From: a bacterium
GTDB taxonomy: Bacteria; UBA8248; JACPRG01; G963555815
Assembly: GCA_963555815.3 (NCBI GenBank)
Contig: CAUVWX020000001.1
Location: forward strand, 96,001 to 160,000
DNA: 64,000 nt
Reading direction: 5' to 3'
The number at the start of each line of letters is the position of its first letter. Position 1 is the stretch's first letter. Below the pieces are notes generated by a model. That model searched no databases. It was given only the letters and a program-made list of their open reading frames with translations, and was not told where the DNA came from. The position numbers and the translations under genes are program-made. Positions 10,574-21,249 of this stretch are shown here, one piece after another.

Positions 10574-11662
10574 TCAATTTCCTATGACTCGCCTGAGGGC
10601 TTGGACAAACCGCTTGTTCTCCTCAGGCAGGCCCACAGTCAACCGGATGTGGGCAGGAAGGCCGTAGCCCCCCATGGGGCGGACGATCACACCTTCCCTA
10701 AGGAGCTTCTCGTATATGTTGGCCCCGTCTCCCACTTCGACAAGAAGGAAATTGGCCTGGGAGGGGACACAGGAGAGGCCGAGGGTCTCGAGCTCCCCAT
10801 AGAGGTAAGCGAGGCCCTTGGCGTTCATCTCGTTGGACCCTGTCACATGGGCCTCATCGAAGAGGGCGGCCCGCGCCGCCACCTGGGCCAGGCTACTCAC
10901 GTTGAAGGGTTCTCTCACCTTCTCCACCGCCCGGATGGCCTCCGGGTGGCCCACGCCGAACCCCACCCGAAGACCCGCGAGGCCGTAGGCCTTAGAGAAG
11001 GTCCGCACGACGAAGAGATGGGGATAGGTCTCCAGATAGGTCAGTCCGTTGGGATAGTCAGGGCGAGTCGCGTAGTGACAATAGGCCTCATCCAGGACGA
11101 CTACGACGTGGGGGGGGATCTGCTCCAAAAAGGTTTCGAGCGCCTCCTGGCCGACGGCCGTCCCTGTGGGATTATTGGGATTGTCGAGGAAGACCATCTG
11201 GGTCCGGTCCGTCACCCGCCGCGCCATCTCAGGGAGATCGTAGGCAAAATCTCTGAAGGGGACGACGACGCGTCTGGCCTCACAGAGTTCGGCCACGATG
11301 TGAAACACGACAAACCCCTGTTTCCCCACGATGACCTCATCGCCCGGCTCCAGGAAGGTCTTGGCGATATTCTCCAACACCTCGTTCGTCCCGTTGCCGA
11401 GGGTGAAGTGATCGGGGGAAGGACCCAGGCGCTCAGACAGGGCAATCTTGAGATAAAAACCGCCCCCGTCGGGATAGCGGTGAAGACCCGAGAGGGCTTC
11501 TCGAAGGGCACCCAGGGCCTTTGGGGACGGCCCCAGGGGGTTCTCATTGGAGGCCAACTTGATAGCCTCCGAGATCCCAAGCTCCCGCTCTAACTCCTCA
11601 GTGGGTTTTCCTGGCTCGTAGGAGATGAGGTTCCGAGTCCGGGCGGCGGGCCTCAGCTTCAT
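10574..11662 (-). CDS. hisC: histidinol-phosphate aminotransferase
   Basis: KLASNENP, NPNNPTG, DEAY and RTFSKAYGLAGLRVG motifs. Confidence 0.96.
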   Translation of the reverse strand: MKLRPAARTRNLISYEPGKPTEELERELGISEAIKLASNENPLGPSPKALGALREALSGLHRYPDGGGFYLKIALSERLGPSPDHFTLGNGTNEVLENIAKTFLEPGDEVIVGKQGFVVFHIVAELCEARRVVVPFRDFAYDLPEMARRVTDRTQMVFLDNPNNPTGTAVGQEALETFLEQIPPHVVVVLDEAYCHYATRPDYPNGLTYLETYPHLFVVRTFSKAYGLAGLRVGFGVGHPEAIRAVEKVREPFNVSSLAQVAARAALFDEAHVTGSNEMNAKGLAYLYGELETLGLSCVPSQANFLLVEVGDGANIYEKLLREGVIVRPMGGYGLPAHIRLTVGLPEENKRFVQALRRVIGN

Positions 11663-12711
11663 CCCAGCTTAGCCCTTGGATAGGACCCAAGATGCTTTAG
11701 GAACTGGCAAGATCGCTCAAGCTCTGCCAAAGCCTTCCGGATCGGCGGGTCCCCCGAGTACCCTTCCAGGTCGATGAAGAAATGATACTCCCAGGGTTTT
11801 TGCCGGGAAGGGCGGGACTCGATACGGGTCAGGTTAATGCTGTGGCGCGCGAAGGGGGCCAGCATCCCGTGAAGGGCCCCCACTTCATCCCGGACCGAGA
11901 AAACGATGGAGGTCTTGTCGTGGGCGCTGGGGGGAGCCCCCTTTCGCCCCAAAAGAAGAAATCGCGTGATGTTCTGGCCCATTTTATCGATCTTGTGGGC
12001 AAGAATCGGAAGACCATAGCGTTTGGCCGCCCACTGGCTGGCGACGGCCGCCCCCCGTTTCGTCCTCCTGGCCCGGCGGGCGGCGGCGGCGGTGCTGGCC
12101 ACCTCCTTGAGGGTCACCCCGGGGAGGTGCTCCCCCAGCCAGTCTCGACACTGGGCAAGGGCTTGAGGATGGGAGAAGACTTCGCGGATCTCACCGAGGG
12201 AGCCCGCACGGGAGAGGAGATGGTGGTCGATGGGGATCTGGACCTCTCCGACGATAAGAAGGGATGACTCGAGGAGCATGTCCAGGGTGTGGTGGACGAT
12301 GCCTTCCATCGTGTTCTCGATAGGGACCACGCCATAACCTGTAAGACCTTCCTCAACCTGATGGAAGACCTCGTCGATGCTCTCGCAGGGGACCGTTTGG
12401 GCCTTTTCGCCGAAATGGACTAGCGCGGCCACATGGGTAAAAGTGGCCTCTGGGCCCAGAAAGGCCACTGTCTCTCCCAAGGTGAGTTCGCCCATTCCTC
12501 GTCCGATTTCCCGGAAAACCCGCTTCGCCGCGGCCTTGGGAAAGGGGCCGGCGCGGTGCTCAATGAGGTCCTGGCTTTTCCCGAGACGCTTCGAAACACC
12601 GGGGTCACCGGAATGAGCCTGAAAAAGGGAGGCCCGGCGGTTCAGGAGATCGAGGAGGGTCTTGTCGATGGAGGCCAGCTCTTTTTCCCAATTTGACCGT
12701 AATCGGGCCAT
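11659..12711 (-). CDS. pheA: chorismate mutase/prephenate dehydratase (P-protein)
   Basis: FLGPEATF, PIEN, SHPQALAQC, TRF and ESRP (ACT domain). Confidence 0.95.
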   Translation of the reverse strand: MARLRSNWEKELASIDKTLLDLLNRRASLFQAHSGDPGVSKRLGKSQDLIEHRAGPFPKAAAKRVFREIGRGMGELTLGETVAFLGPEATFTHVAALVHFGEKAQTVPCESIDEVFHQVEEGLTGYGVVPIENTMEGIVHHTLDMLLESSLLIVGEVQIPIDHHLLSRAGSLGEIREVFSHPQALAQCRDWLGEHLPGVTLKEVASTAAAARRARRTKRGAAVASQWAAKRYGLPILAHKIDKMGQNITRFLLLGRKGAPPSAHDKTSIVFSVRDEVGALHGMLAPFARHSINLTRIESRPSRQKPWEYHFFIDLEGYSGDPPIRKALAELERSCQFLKHLGSYPRAKLG

Positions 12712-13505
12712 GGCTTCCCGTCCTCCCCATCAAATTCCACGGGCATTATGGGCCACCTTACGGCCTTTGCGGGGAAAATCAATCCTACTCTGACGCCAAG
12801 GGATGTAAAGTGAATCCCTTTTCAACCCGCACTCCTTTCTCGCGTTCATTATTTCAACAGATTGTTCAGGCGTTCTCCGGCAGCTCACCCCACCGCGTTT
12901 TTCAGCCAGCCATTGTCTAGCTGCGCAGTTTCTTGACTTCGGCCTCGAGTTCCTCGATGCGGGCCTGGAGTTTTTGTAGTTCCGGCTTAATCTCCTCTTC
13001 CGTGAAGCGAGGGGTGATGTGTTGTTGGCAGTTGACGTCCCACGCCTCAACGTGGAAGACGAAGGCCCGTTCCGGCCGCGCCTTGTATTTCGGGTCCGCC
13101 AGTTTCTCCGGCAGCGCCGGATCGTCCTCGACGACCTCCGCCCGGCCCCAGATCTTCACTCGACGGCGGGTGAAGCAGCACATGAGAAAGATGAACGCCT
13201 TGTCATTCTCGCTGAGGTTGCCGACCGAGATGTATTGACGGTTGCCGCCGAAGTCGGCGAAGGCGAGCGTCTTCTCATCCAGGACCTTGAGAAACCCTTT
13301 CGGGCCGCCCCTTGGCGTTGGCGGTCCCCAGATAAAAGGAATCTGTCTCCGCGATAAATTTCTCGAGGTCGGGCGTGACGGTATAGTGCCATCCCCCTTT
13401 CTGCTCCATGCTGGCGTAACTTCGGCGCGATCCAAGACGCTCCTGGACCGACTTGACGGCCGGTGTAAATGCGATGTCGCTGACGCGCTCCATTTCATTT
13501 CCTCC
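12545..13505. repeat. 961-bp direct repeat, copy 1 (pheA 5' end, its upstream region and a PNPOx-family pseudogene)
   Basis: near-identical to 15554-16514 (offset 3009); I saw one synonymous mismatch. Confidence 0.95.
12917..13493 (-). pseudogene. pyridoxamine 5'-phosphate oxidase-like FMN-binding protein, frameshifted
   Basis: N-terminal ...DSFYLGTANAKGRP and C-terminal PKGFLKVLDEKTLAFADFGGNRQYIS lie in different frames; the expected intervening YIQHRGG-type segment is absent. Confidence 0.85.
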
Positions 13506-13570
13506 CTATCGAGGATCAACGGAGACGGTCCCAGTAGACCGCCCCCGTTGATCCTTAAACGTCTAAAGCG

Positions 13571-14605
13571 CTATTCAGCCCAGGGCAGCAACGAGACGCG
13601 GCCGGTGACCTGGTTGGTCGAGACCAAGCGGTGGGCCTCGGCCGCCTGGCTCAGCGGGAGCGCACGGTCGAGTGAGGGCTTGATCTTTCCTGCGCGCACT
13701 TGCTCGAAGCCCCACTCGAGGCCCACCGCATCACTCGCCATCGAGCCGCGAAGCTTCTTCTGACCGAAGAAGAAGTTGCGGACGTTAAAGGTGACCTCGG
13801 TGCCGGCCACGAAGCCAAACGCTACCACGACGCCTAAAGGCCTCACGGCGTCGATACTCTTGGGCAGAACGTCTCCACCCAGATTGTCGATCACCACGTC
13901 AGAGCCCTGGCCACCGGTCCATTCTTTGACGCTTTCGACGAAATCCTCTTTTGCGCGCATTGATCACCAAATCGGCGCCCAGCATCTTTGCATATTTGCC
14001 CTTGGCATCACTACGGACTGTGGCGGCGACTTGCGCGCCCAGGGCCTTCGCCACCTGGATCTGGAGGCTACCGGAACCCCAAGCGCCCGAGTGGACCAAC
14101 ACCTTGTCGCCGGCCTTAACCTCACCCACCACATTGACGGCCCGGACACCGGTGGCCAGAGGCACGGAAAATGTCGCCACCTCCTCAGGCTTCAGGCCAC
14201 TCTCATCCTTGAGCACCCAGTGGGCGGGCACCTCCATGTACTGGGCATAGGCGCCCCAGCTCCCCAAGCCAGGTAGTGTGAAGCTGGGCGCCGTGATCGC
14301 GGGGAAGATGTTGTAGTCCTCCTCCTTGGCAGGGTAGCCGGGCGAGGGAACCACGCGTTCACCAATCTTGAAACTGTTGACCCCTTTGCCCAGTTCGGCC
14401 ACCTCGCCGGCGGCGTCAGAACCCGGGATGTGGGGGAAACGAAGTCTGGGACGACCGACCCCTCCAGAATGTAGTGGTCGAAGCGGTTGACACCAACAGC
14501 AAACACCTTGATCAAGACATGCCCTGGCTTGGGCTTCGGCATCTCGATCTCTTCATGCTTGAGCACGTCGAGGTCGCTAAATTCATGCATCACGATCGCT
14601 TTCAT
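13571..14605 (-). pseudogene. zinc-binding/quinone oxidoreductase (MDR family) with two frameshifts
   Basis: three overlapping ORF pieces (MKAIVMHEF.., ..GSWGAYAQY..VLVHSGAWGSG.., ..DFVESVKEWTGGQGSDVVID) join at ~14440 and ~13950. Confidence 0.85.
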
Positions 14606-14796
14606 TTGAATTCCATCCTTGTCGCATTTCCTTCCTGTTTCGAAAGGGCCTTCGACCCTGTTTTATCCCTTACCCGGCTTAGACACGGAGCCTGAGAGAA
14701 AGGTTCAGAAAACGGAAGTCATCTGGAGTGTGTCGAAACGATCCTGGACGAGATTGTCTAGCGGAGGACTATCCAGTCGCGGGACCGGCCTTAGAC

Positions 14797-14831
14797 ACGT
14801 GCCACTGGCGGACAAGCCGCCAGTGGCACGT
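14797..14831. repeat. perfect REP-like palindrome (15-bp stem, 5-nt loop)
   Basis: ACGTGCCACTGGCGG-ACAAG-CCGCCAGTGGCACGT. Confidence 0.8.
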
Positions 14832-14954
14832 CCATCAGTCGATCGAGGGCATATGCTGGATTGCCCGGCTCAGGGACCTCCTCAGAGCAAGGGCTAGTCC
14901 CTCGGGATGTTAGACAAGTCTCCCACTCGCGCCACCTTCGGAACGAAGCGAAGC

Positions 14955-15425
14955 TTACTGCGTGACGATGGCGTCCTTGAGACTGGAAATGAAGCCGACC
15001 ACCTCTCCTCTTTCTTTTTGAGGCACCTCGAATTTGTCCAGCGTGTCATTCAGATGTCCCATGAGCGCTTCCCAGTCACTGTCAGAAAAGTTCAATCCTG
15101 TGTGGACCGTCTTCATATCGCGACCCAGGTAGGTGCAAGGTCCGCCCGCCGCCTCACACACGAACTCTACGACAAATTGATGTTGGCGCTCCAGCGAATT
15201 GACGCTGTGGCCCTTAAAGAAATCGCTAAGTATCGGATTATTTTGCACACGACTCTCGAGCTCGGCGACGAAGGCATCAATGCCGTCATATGCGCCCAAC
15301 CGCTGATAAAGAGACTTTTCTTGCTCCATTTCCTGACCCGCGGTGGGTGCCGCGTTCCACAGCATGACCAGCGCAAGCGCAAACAGCGGGACGAAAACCC
15401 TCTTTGCTACCTGATATGACCGCAT
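14955..15425 (-). CDS. group I truncated hemoglobin with signal peptide
   Basis: SLYQRLG, GGPCTYLGRDMKTVHTGL; N-terminal hydrophobic signal. Confidence 0.9.
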   Translation of the reverse strand: MRSYQVAKRVFVPLFALALVMLWNAAPTAGQEMEQEKSLYQRLGAYDGIDAFVAELESRVQNNPILSDFFKGHSVNSLERQHQFVVEFVCEAAGGPCTYLGRDMKTVHTGLNFSDSDWEALMGHLNDTLDKFEVPQKERGEVVGFISSLKDAIVTQ

Positions 15426-15553
15426 TGTCTTCCTCCCCTTTTTTAATTCTTCAAGCGTTGTGTTTGCACTTCTCGTCTTTCTTTTCTTCTCACCTTCCTT
15501 CTTCTTACATGCGCTCACCTCCCTTACAAGCGGTGGGTTTGGTGGCAAAACCT

Positions 15554-15720
15554 GGGCCGGCGCGGTGCTCAATGAGGTCCTGGCTTTTCCCGAGACGCTT
15601 CGAAACACCGGGGTCACCGGAATGGGCCTGAAAAAGGGAGGCCCGGCGGTTCAGGAGATCGAGGAGGGTCTTGTCGATGGAGGCCAGCTCTTTTTCCCAA
15701 TTTGACCGTAATCGGGCCAT
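15554..15720 (-). pseudogene. truncated duplicate of the pheA 5' end
   Basis: MARLRSNWEKEL...HRAGP is identical to the PheA N-terminus, then the sequence diverges. Confidence 0.9.
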
Positions 15721-15925
15721 GGCTTCCCGTCCTCCCCATCAAATTCCACGGGCATTATGGGCCACCTTACGGCCTTTGCGGGGAAAATCAATCCTACTCT
15801 GACGCCAAGGGATGTAAAGTGAATCCCTTTTCAACCCGCACTCCTTTCTCGCGTTCATTATTTCAACAGATTGTTCAGGCGTTCTCCGGCAGCTCACCCC
15901 ACCGCGTTTTTCAGCCAGCCATTGT

Positions 15926-16502
15926 CTAGCTGCGCAGTTTCTTGACTTCGGCCTCGAGTTCCTCGATGCGGGCCTGGAGTTTTTGTAGTTCCGGCTTAAT
16001 CTCCTCTTCCGTGAAGCGAGGGGTGATGTGTTGTTGGCAGTTGACGTCCCACGCCTCAACGTGGAAGACGAAGGCCCGTTCCGGCCGCGCCTTGTATTTC
16101 GGGTCCGCCAGTTTCTCCGGCAGCGCCGGATCGTCCTCGACGACCTCCGCCCGGCCCCAGATCTTCACTCGACGGCGGGTGAAGCAGCACATGAGAAAGA
16201 TGAACGCCTTGTCATTCTCGCTGAGGTTGCCGACCGAGATGTATTGACGGTTGCCGCCGAAGTCGGCGAAGGCGAGCGTCTTCTCATCCAGGACCTTGAG
16301 AAACCCTTTCGGGCCGCCCCTTGGCGTTGGCGGTCCCCAGATAAAAGGAATCTGTCTCCGCGATAAATTTCTCGAGGTCGGGCGTGACGGTATAGTGCCA
16401 TCCCCCTTTCTGCTCCATGCTGGCGTAACTTCGGCGCGATCCAAGACGCTCCTGGACCGACTTGACGGCCGGTGTAAATGCGATGTCGCTGACGCGCTCC
16501 AT
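15926..16502 (-). pseudogene. PNPOx-like FMN-binding protein, second frameshifted copy
   Basis: same sequence and same lesion as 12917-13493. Confidence 0.85.
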
Positions 16503-16706
16503 TTCATTTCCTCCTTGTCTCATTTCCTTTCTGTTCGGAAGGGTCTTCGGCCCTAGCTACCTTTCTACACGACTTAGACACAGAATCAGGAAGGGAAGGT
16601 TCAGAAAAAGAGAACGGAACCGTATAGAGGATTTGCTGACGACGAGGATACATGCGAAGCCGCTTTCTGTAAGGATCTCGACCAGACTCTTAGAACGCTA
16701 CAGAAG

Positions 16707-17165
16707 TTACTTTTCGACGATGTCCCCCTTGAGGCTGGAAATAAAGTCGACCACCTCTCCTCTTTCCCTTTGAGGCACCTCGAATTTATCCAGCGTGGTC
16801 TCCAGATGTCCCACAGTGACCTGCCAATCGCTTTCGCTGATGCCGAGTCCCGCATGGACGGTCTTCATGTCACGACCCAGGTAGGTGCAAGATCCACCCG
16901 TCGTCTCACACAAAAATTCCACGAGCAGTTGGTGGAGACGTCTCAGCGAACCGGCGCTTTGGCCCTTAAAAAAGACGCCAAGCTGAGGGTCGTTTCCAAT
17001 CCGACCTTCGAGATCGGCGACGACTGCGTCCAGGGCGTCATATCCGCCGAGCCGTTGATAAAGCGACTTCTCCTAAGATAGGGTGGGGGCCGCGTTCCAC
17101 AGCATGACCAGCGCAAGCGCAAACAGCAGGACGAAAATCCTCTTCGCTGCGCGGTGCGTCCGCAT
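16707..17165 (-). pseudogene. group I truncated hemoglobin paralog with an in-frame TAG
   Basis: MRTHRAAKRIFVLLFALALVMLWNAAPTLS*EKSLYQRLGG...; TAG at 17073-17075, frame otherwise open. Confidence 0.85.
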
Positions 17166-17202
17166 TGCCGTACTCCTTTCTTGGGATGAGCGCGTGCCTC
17201 AT

Positions 17203-18027
17203 CTATCTCTCGGGCGGAGGGAGCTGGGGCAAGCCAGGCGCCGCCTCGCGTACCCACTCCTGGAACTGAATATTGACGCTGGCCCCTGGGTCAGACAAGA
17301 ACTCTCCGTCGGGCCGCTCCCAGTCCGCGATAGCGTACGCCCCGGCGGCCAACGAGGCGATCCCGAGATAGGCCCTGACCTGAATGGCGTTGACCTCAGG
17401 GTGCCTCTCGGCATACCGCCCAAGGACCTTGCGGACGTAGCCCTCGACGGTCTCCTTTTCTGACGCGGGGTCCACGGAGAGGTCAACTTGGAGACGCTTG
17501 CCGCCCTCCTCTTGACGCTGCCTGACCCGGGCGACCATGTAAGGAGGGGTTTCCTCCTTGGGGAGGGGGAGCTCTTCCAAGGCGTCTTTAGTGGCGTGAT
17601 CCAGGACGCTCGTCACCGGAAGATCCTGTTTCATTTGAAACTGTTCCAGGGCCTTCATGGTCTTTGGCCCCACGACCCCGTCGACGGGCCCTACCTGATA
17701 GCCGAGGTTCTTCAGACGGTTCTGAACGAGCTTAACGAGGTTGGTGTCATCCTGGAGGTACGCAGGCCCCGCAAGTTCCAGCAGGGAGTCCTCCCCGTTC
17801 CGCTGTGACGACAGAGACCCAAACCCCGGCGAGAAGAAATTCCACCAAAACCATCCAAGAATGGCGAGAAAGGCAAACACCCAGGCGGTCCTGGCGGGCC
17901 AGCGCCGCCTTCGCAGAATGACGCTCTCCCGGTCCTGGGCGATGGGCCCTGCCGATCCCGGTGCGATCCCTTCCGAAGACCGCTCTCTGGCCTCATCAGG
18001 ATCGAGCATCGCCCCTTTCACTCTCAT
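17203..18027 (-). CDS. membrane-anchored peptidoglycan-binding domain protein
   Basis: TM helix then [31 protein letters not shown] (PG_binding_1). Confidence 0.85.
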   Translation of the reverse strand: MRVKGAMLDPDEARERSSEGIAPGSAGPIAQDRESVILRRRRWPARTAWVFAFLAILGWFWWNFFSPGFGSLSSQRNGEDSLLELAGPAYLQDDTNLVKLVQNRLKNLGYQVGPVDGVVGPKTMKALEQFQMKQDLPVTSVLDHATKDALEELPLPKEETPPYMVARVRQRQEEGGKRLQVDLSVDPASEKETVEGYVRKVLGRYAERHPEVNAIQVRAYLGIASLAAGAYAIADWERPDGEFLSDPGASVNIQFQEWVREAAPGLPQLPPPER

Positions 18028-18440
18028 TCAGAATCCCTTCTCGCTTGAACGGCATTTCGGACAAAGTCCACGATGTCACTCGTCGTCGTCCCGGGCCCAA
18101 AAACCCCATCCAGGCCCGCCTCCTTCAGGGCCGGAAGATCCTCTGGAGGAATGATACCACCCCCAAAGATAAGGACATCAAGACCCTTCTTCCGAAGGCA
18201 CGACACGACCCGGGGAAACAGGGTGCGATGAGCGCCCGAAAGAGAACTGAGACCCACAGCGTCCACGTTCTCCTGCAGGGCGGTGTCGGCGATCTGTTCC
18301 GGTGTTTGGCGTATCCCGGTATAGATGACCTCCATCCCGGCTTCCCGAAGGGCACGTGCCACCACCTTCGCCCCTCGGTCGTGGCCGTCAAGGCCCGGCT
18401 TAGTGATGAGGACTCGGATCTTTCTTTCGCCCAAGGTCAT
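18024..18440 (-). CDS. cobalamin-binding domain protein (methylmalonyl-CoA mutase small-subunit type)
   Basis: [19 protein letters not shown] and GGGII motifs. Confidence 0.93.
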   Translation of the reverse strand: MTLGERKIRVLITKPGLDGHDRGAKVVARALREAGMEVIYTGIRQTPEQIADTALQENVDAVGLSSLSGAHRTLFPRVVSCLRKKGLDVLIFGGGIIPPEDLPALKEAGLDGVFGPGTTTSDIVDFVRNAVQARRDSE

Positions 18441-18450
18441 CCCGTCCGAT

Positions 18451-19122
18451 TCAGAGTGTCCCCGCCATCTCTTCGAGGAGAAAGCGGCGGGTCCGGGGCG
18501 CTAGGTTTTCAGGGACCTGAGAGAGGACCCGGTCGAGGCGGCGAAGATCAGTCGGCGTGTCAACGTCGCTCATGGTTTCTATCTGGCGTATCCGAAGGCC
18601 CAGGCGGGTCGCTCGATCCCAGGTCTCCTGGAAAACGCCCGGCCCCCCCCAAGCCATTTCCGTAAAGAGGGGGGGATGGGGAATCTTGGCCCCAATGAAG
18701 TAATAGCCACCATCTGTCGCCGGCCCAAGGACGAGGTCGGCATCTTCCAGGAGCTCAAAGCCCCTTTTCAGCACTGTGGGGGGAACGTGGGGAAGGTCCG
18801 CCCCATAAAGGGCAACCTGCCGGGCCCCTTCCTGCTGGCATCGCTCAAAGCAGCCCAGCATCCGGGCCCCAAGGTGAGGGCCCTCTTGAGGGAAAAGGAG
18901 GAACCCAGGGGGCATCCATTCTTCGAAGTCGGATCTGGCCTCGGGGGGCGTGTAGGCAAGGGCACCCTCAATGCCGGGCAACCTCGAAACCTTCTCGACC
19001 GTATCCTCTAGACAGCATCGGTAGAACCGGGCGGCCTCTTCGATGGCAAGGGGAGGGACAAGGCGAGTCTTCACCTTTCCGGCCACCGGGGCCTTGGCCG
19101 TAATGACCAGAACATGTCTCAT
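18451..19122 (-). CDS. DUF2064/TIGR04282-family transferase (CofC-like fold)
   Basis: [38 protein letters not shown] and DVDT motifs. Confidence 0.88.
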   Translation of the reverse strand: MRHVLVITAKAPVAGKVKTRLVPPLAIEEAARFYRCCLEDTVEKVSRLPGIEGALAYTPPEARSDFEEWMPPGFLLFPQEGPHLGARMLGCFERCQQEGARQVALYGADLPHVPPTVLKRGFELLEDADLVLGPATDGGYYFIGAKIPHPPLFTEMAWGGPGVFQETWDRATRLGLRIRQIETMSDVDTPTDLRRLDRVLSQVPENLAPRTRRFLLEEMAGTL

Positions 19123-19359
19123 CCCGCCGCCCTTCGTTTGCCAAAAATCCCTTTGTGGGCTTTCCCCCCACCCTATCGCGAGATCCCAAGAGAATCCTAT
19201 CCTCCCCTCCTTCTGACGGTCAAGGGCCGAGGCTGCCCGAAGACCGCTAACGAACACCGTCCGTACGAGTCGCCCCCGAGCCGGCTCTCTTTTTCGCCTT
19301 GAGATCCACCCATCGGCCCGTTAACCTTAGTGGGTCCCTTTAAAGTCGGGAGAAGAGAG

Positions 19360-20538
19360 ATGCGTCCCACAGAGGAGATGGTCAAGGAGCGCTATTCGGC
19401 AGCGGCCCAGAAGGTGGAAGAAGGGCTCTGCTGTCTTTCAGAGGACGATCGAGCAGGGCTTGAGAGCTTTATGCCGGAGGAGATTTTAGGCATTTCCTAC
19501 GGGTGCGGGACACCGGCTGGTCTCGCGGGCATCCGTGGGGGCGAGACGGTCCTGGACATCGGTTCAGGAGGAGGGATCGATTGTTTCCAGGCTTCTCGCC
19601 TCGTCGGGGAAAAGGGGCAAGTCATCGGCGTTGATATGACGGATGAGATGTTGGAAGTGGCCAGGCGAAATGCCCCCCAGGTGGCTAGAAATCTTGGCTA
19701 TAACCGGGTGAATACTGACTTCCGAAAGGGGTTTGCTGATTCCCTCCCTCTTGACGACGGGGAAGCCGACCTCACCATCTCGAACTGCGTCATCAATCTG
19801 ACGCCTGACAAGGAGACGGTCTTTGGGGAGATCTTCCGCGTCCTCCGCCCGGGAGGACGGTTTTGCATCTCCGACATCGTCTCGGATCGCCCGGTCCCCA
19901 ATTACCTCCGCATGGATGCCGACAAGTGGGGCTCCTGCCTCTCTGGCGCCTTAGAGATGCGAGACTATATGATGGGCCTGACGAAGGCGGGATTTCTGGG
20001 AGTCGGCCAACTAAAATTTTCGCCCTGGAAATACCTGGACGGTATCCACTTCTTTTCGGTCACCTTGATGGGATATAGAGTCCCCGAGGAGACTGCGAAG
20101 ACCCAGTCCGTCACCTTCAAGGGACCCTTCAAATTGGTCGTAGACGAGCTTGGCAACACCTTTTCCAGAGGTCAGAAGCGGGAGGTGGACGGGCGGACGG
20201 CGAGGGTTCTTGGCCTTCCGGCCTACCGGGGGCTTTTTGAGGGCGCGTTAAAGTCAAACACTGTGCCCCTTGAAGGAGCCGGACAAAAATCTTTTAAGCC
20301 CATCCTGCCCGAGGATTCTCCACGCCTCTGGGAGGGCCACTTCGCCCTCCTGGGAGGTCCCTTCCTTCAGGTCGAGGACGACGATCGCACCTTCCTTCGG
20401 GGGGAGCCCCTTGAGATCAGCTCAAAAACCCTCCGCGTCCTTGAGCATCCGAGCTACCAACCCTTTTTCACCATCCTTAACCGGACCCAGGAAGGGATGG
20501 GGGAGACCGCCCGCGAGACGGAGGGGACCTGCTGCTGA
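19360..20538 (+). CDS. arsM: arsenite methyltransferase-like SAM-dependent methyltransferase with C-terminal extension
   Basis: LCC, SYGCG, LDIGSGGG, GVDMT, SNCVINL, WGSCLSGA; ends in CC. Confidence 0.8.
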   Translation: MRPTEEMVKERYSAAAQKVEEGLCCLSEDDRAGLESFMPEEILGISYGCGTPAGLAGIRGGETVLDIGSGGGIDCFQASRLVGEKGQVIGVDMTDEMLEVARRNAPQVARNLGYNRVNTDFRKGFADSLPLDDGEADLTISNCVINLTPDKETVFGEIFRVLRPGGRFCISDIVSDRPVPNYLRMDADKWGSCLSGALEMRDYMMGLTKAGFLGVGQLKFSPWKYLDGIHFFSVTLMGYRVPEETAKTQSVTFKGPFKLVVDELGNTFSRGQKREVDGRTARVLGLPAYRGLFEGALKSNTVPLEGAGQKSFKPILPEDSPRLWEGHFALLGGPFLQVEDDDRTFLRGEPLEISSKTLRVLEHPSYQPFFTILNRTQEGMGETARETEGTCC

Positions 20539-20643
20539 GGGGTTTTTGAGGAAAATCCTCCTCTCAACCGATCACATCAAGTCTGACAGGCTCACAAGGC
20601 GAAAGGGACCATTGGACACCTTCAAAAGAAAAAAGGAGGGCCT

Positions 20644-21219
20644 ATGCGTCCGTGGGTAATGGGGATCATTGTAGGAGTATTTGTCATGACCATGGCCGGC
20701 ACTGGGGATGCGCAAAAGAATCCGACTGTGTTGATGAAGACCTCCATGGGGGACATCAAGATTGAGCTCGATGCGGAGAAGGCGCCCATCAGCGTTGAGA
20801 ACTTTCTTAGCTACGCGAAAGAAGGCTTTTACAACGGGACCATTTTTCACCGGGTCATTGAAGGTTTTATGATCCAGGGTGGAGGCATCACCCAAGGGAT
20901 GGACTCGAAGCAGACAAAGCCTCCCATCCAGAATGAGGCGGGCAATGGCCTAAAGAATCTGCGCGGCACCCTTGCCATGGCCCGCACTAACGATATCCAC
21001 AGTGCCACTGGCCAGTTCTTCATCAATGTCGTAGACAACGCCGTCCTCGACCACCAGGACACGTCCCCCCGGGGTTTCGGCTACGCCGTCTTCGGCAGGG
21101 TGACCGAGGGGATGGAGGTGGTGGACCGCATCAAGGCCGTGGAGACGACTACGAAGGGACATTTTCAGGACGTCCCCACCAAGGAGGTGGTCATCGAGTC
21201 GGTCGAGATCCTCCAGTAA
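20644..21219 (+). CDS. ppiA: periplasmic cyclophilin-type peptidyl-prolyl cis-trans isomerase
   Basis: [29 protein letters not shown]; signal peptide. Confidence 0.95.
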   Translation: MRPWVMGIIVGVFVMTMAGTGDAQKNPTVLMKTSMGDIKIELDAEKAPISVENFLSYAKEGFYNGTIFHRVIEGFMIQGGGITQGMDSKQTKPPIQNEAGNGLKNLRGTLAMARTNDIHSATGQFFINVVDNAVLDHQDTSPRGFGYAVFGRVTEGMEVVDRIKAVETTTKGHFQDVPTKEVVIESVEILQ

Positions 21220-21249
21220 ATGGAAGGGCCCCCGGCCCGAGATCTTCCC

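Larger units (their letters stand above)
15554..16514. repeat. 961-bp direct repeat, copy 2
   Basis: matches 12545-13505. Confidence 0.95.

Noticed and set aside
14955..15617. PheA-hemoglobin fusion protein
   Set aside because: The upstream extension is not in the pheA frame, and the globin has its own RBS and ATG at 15425.
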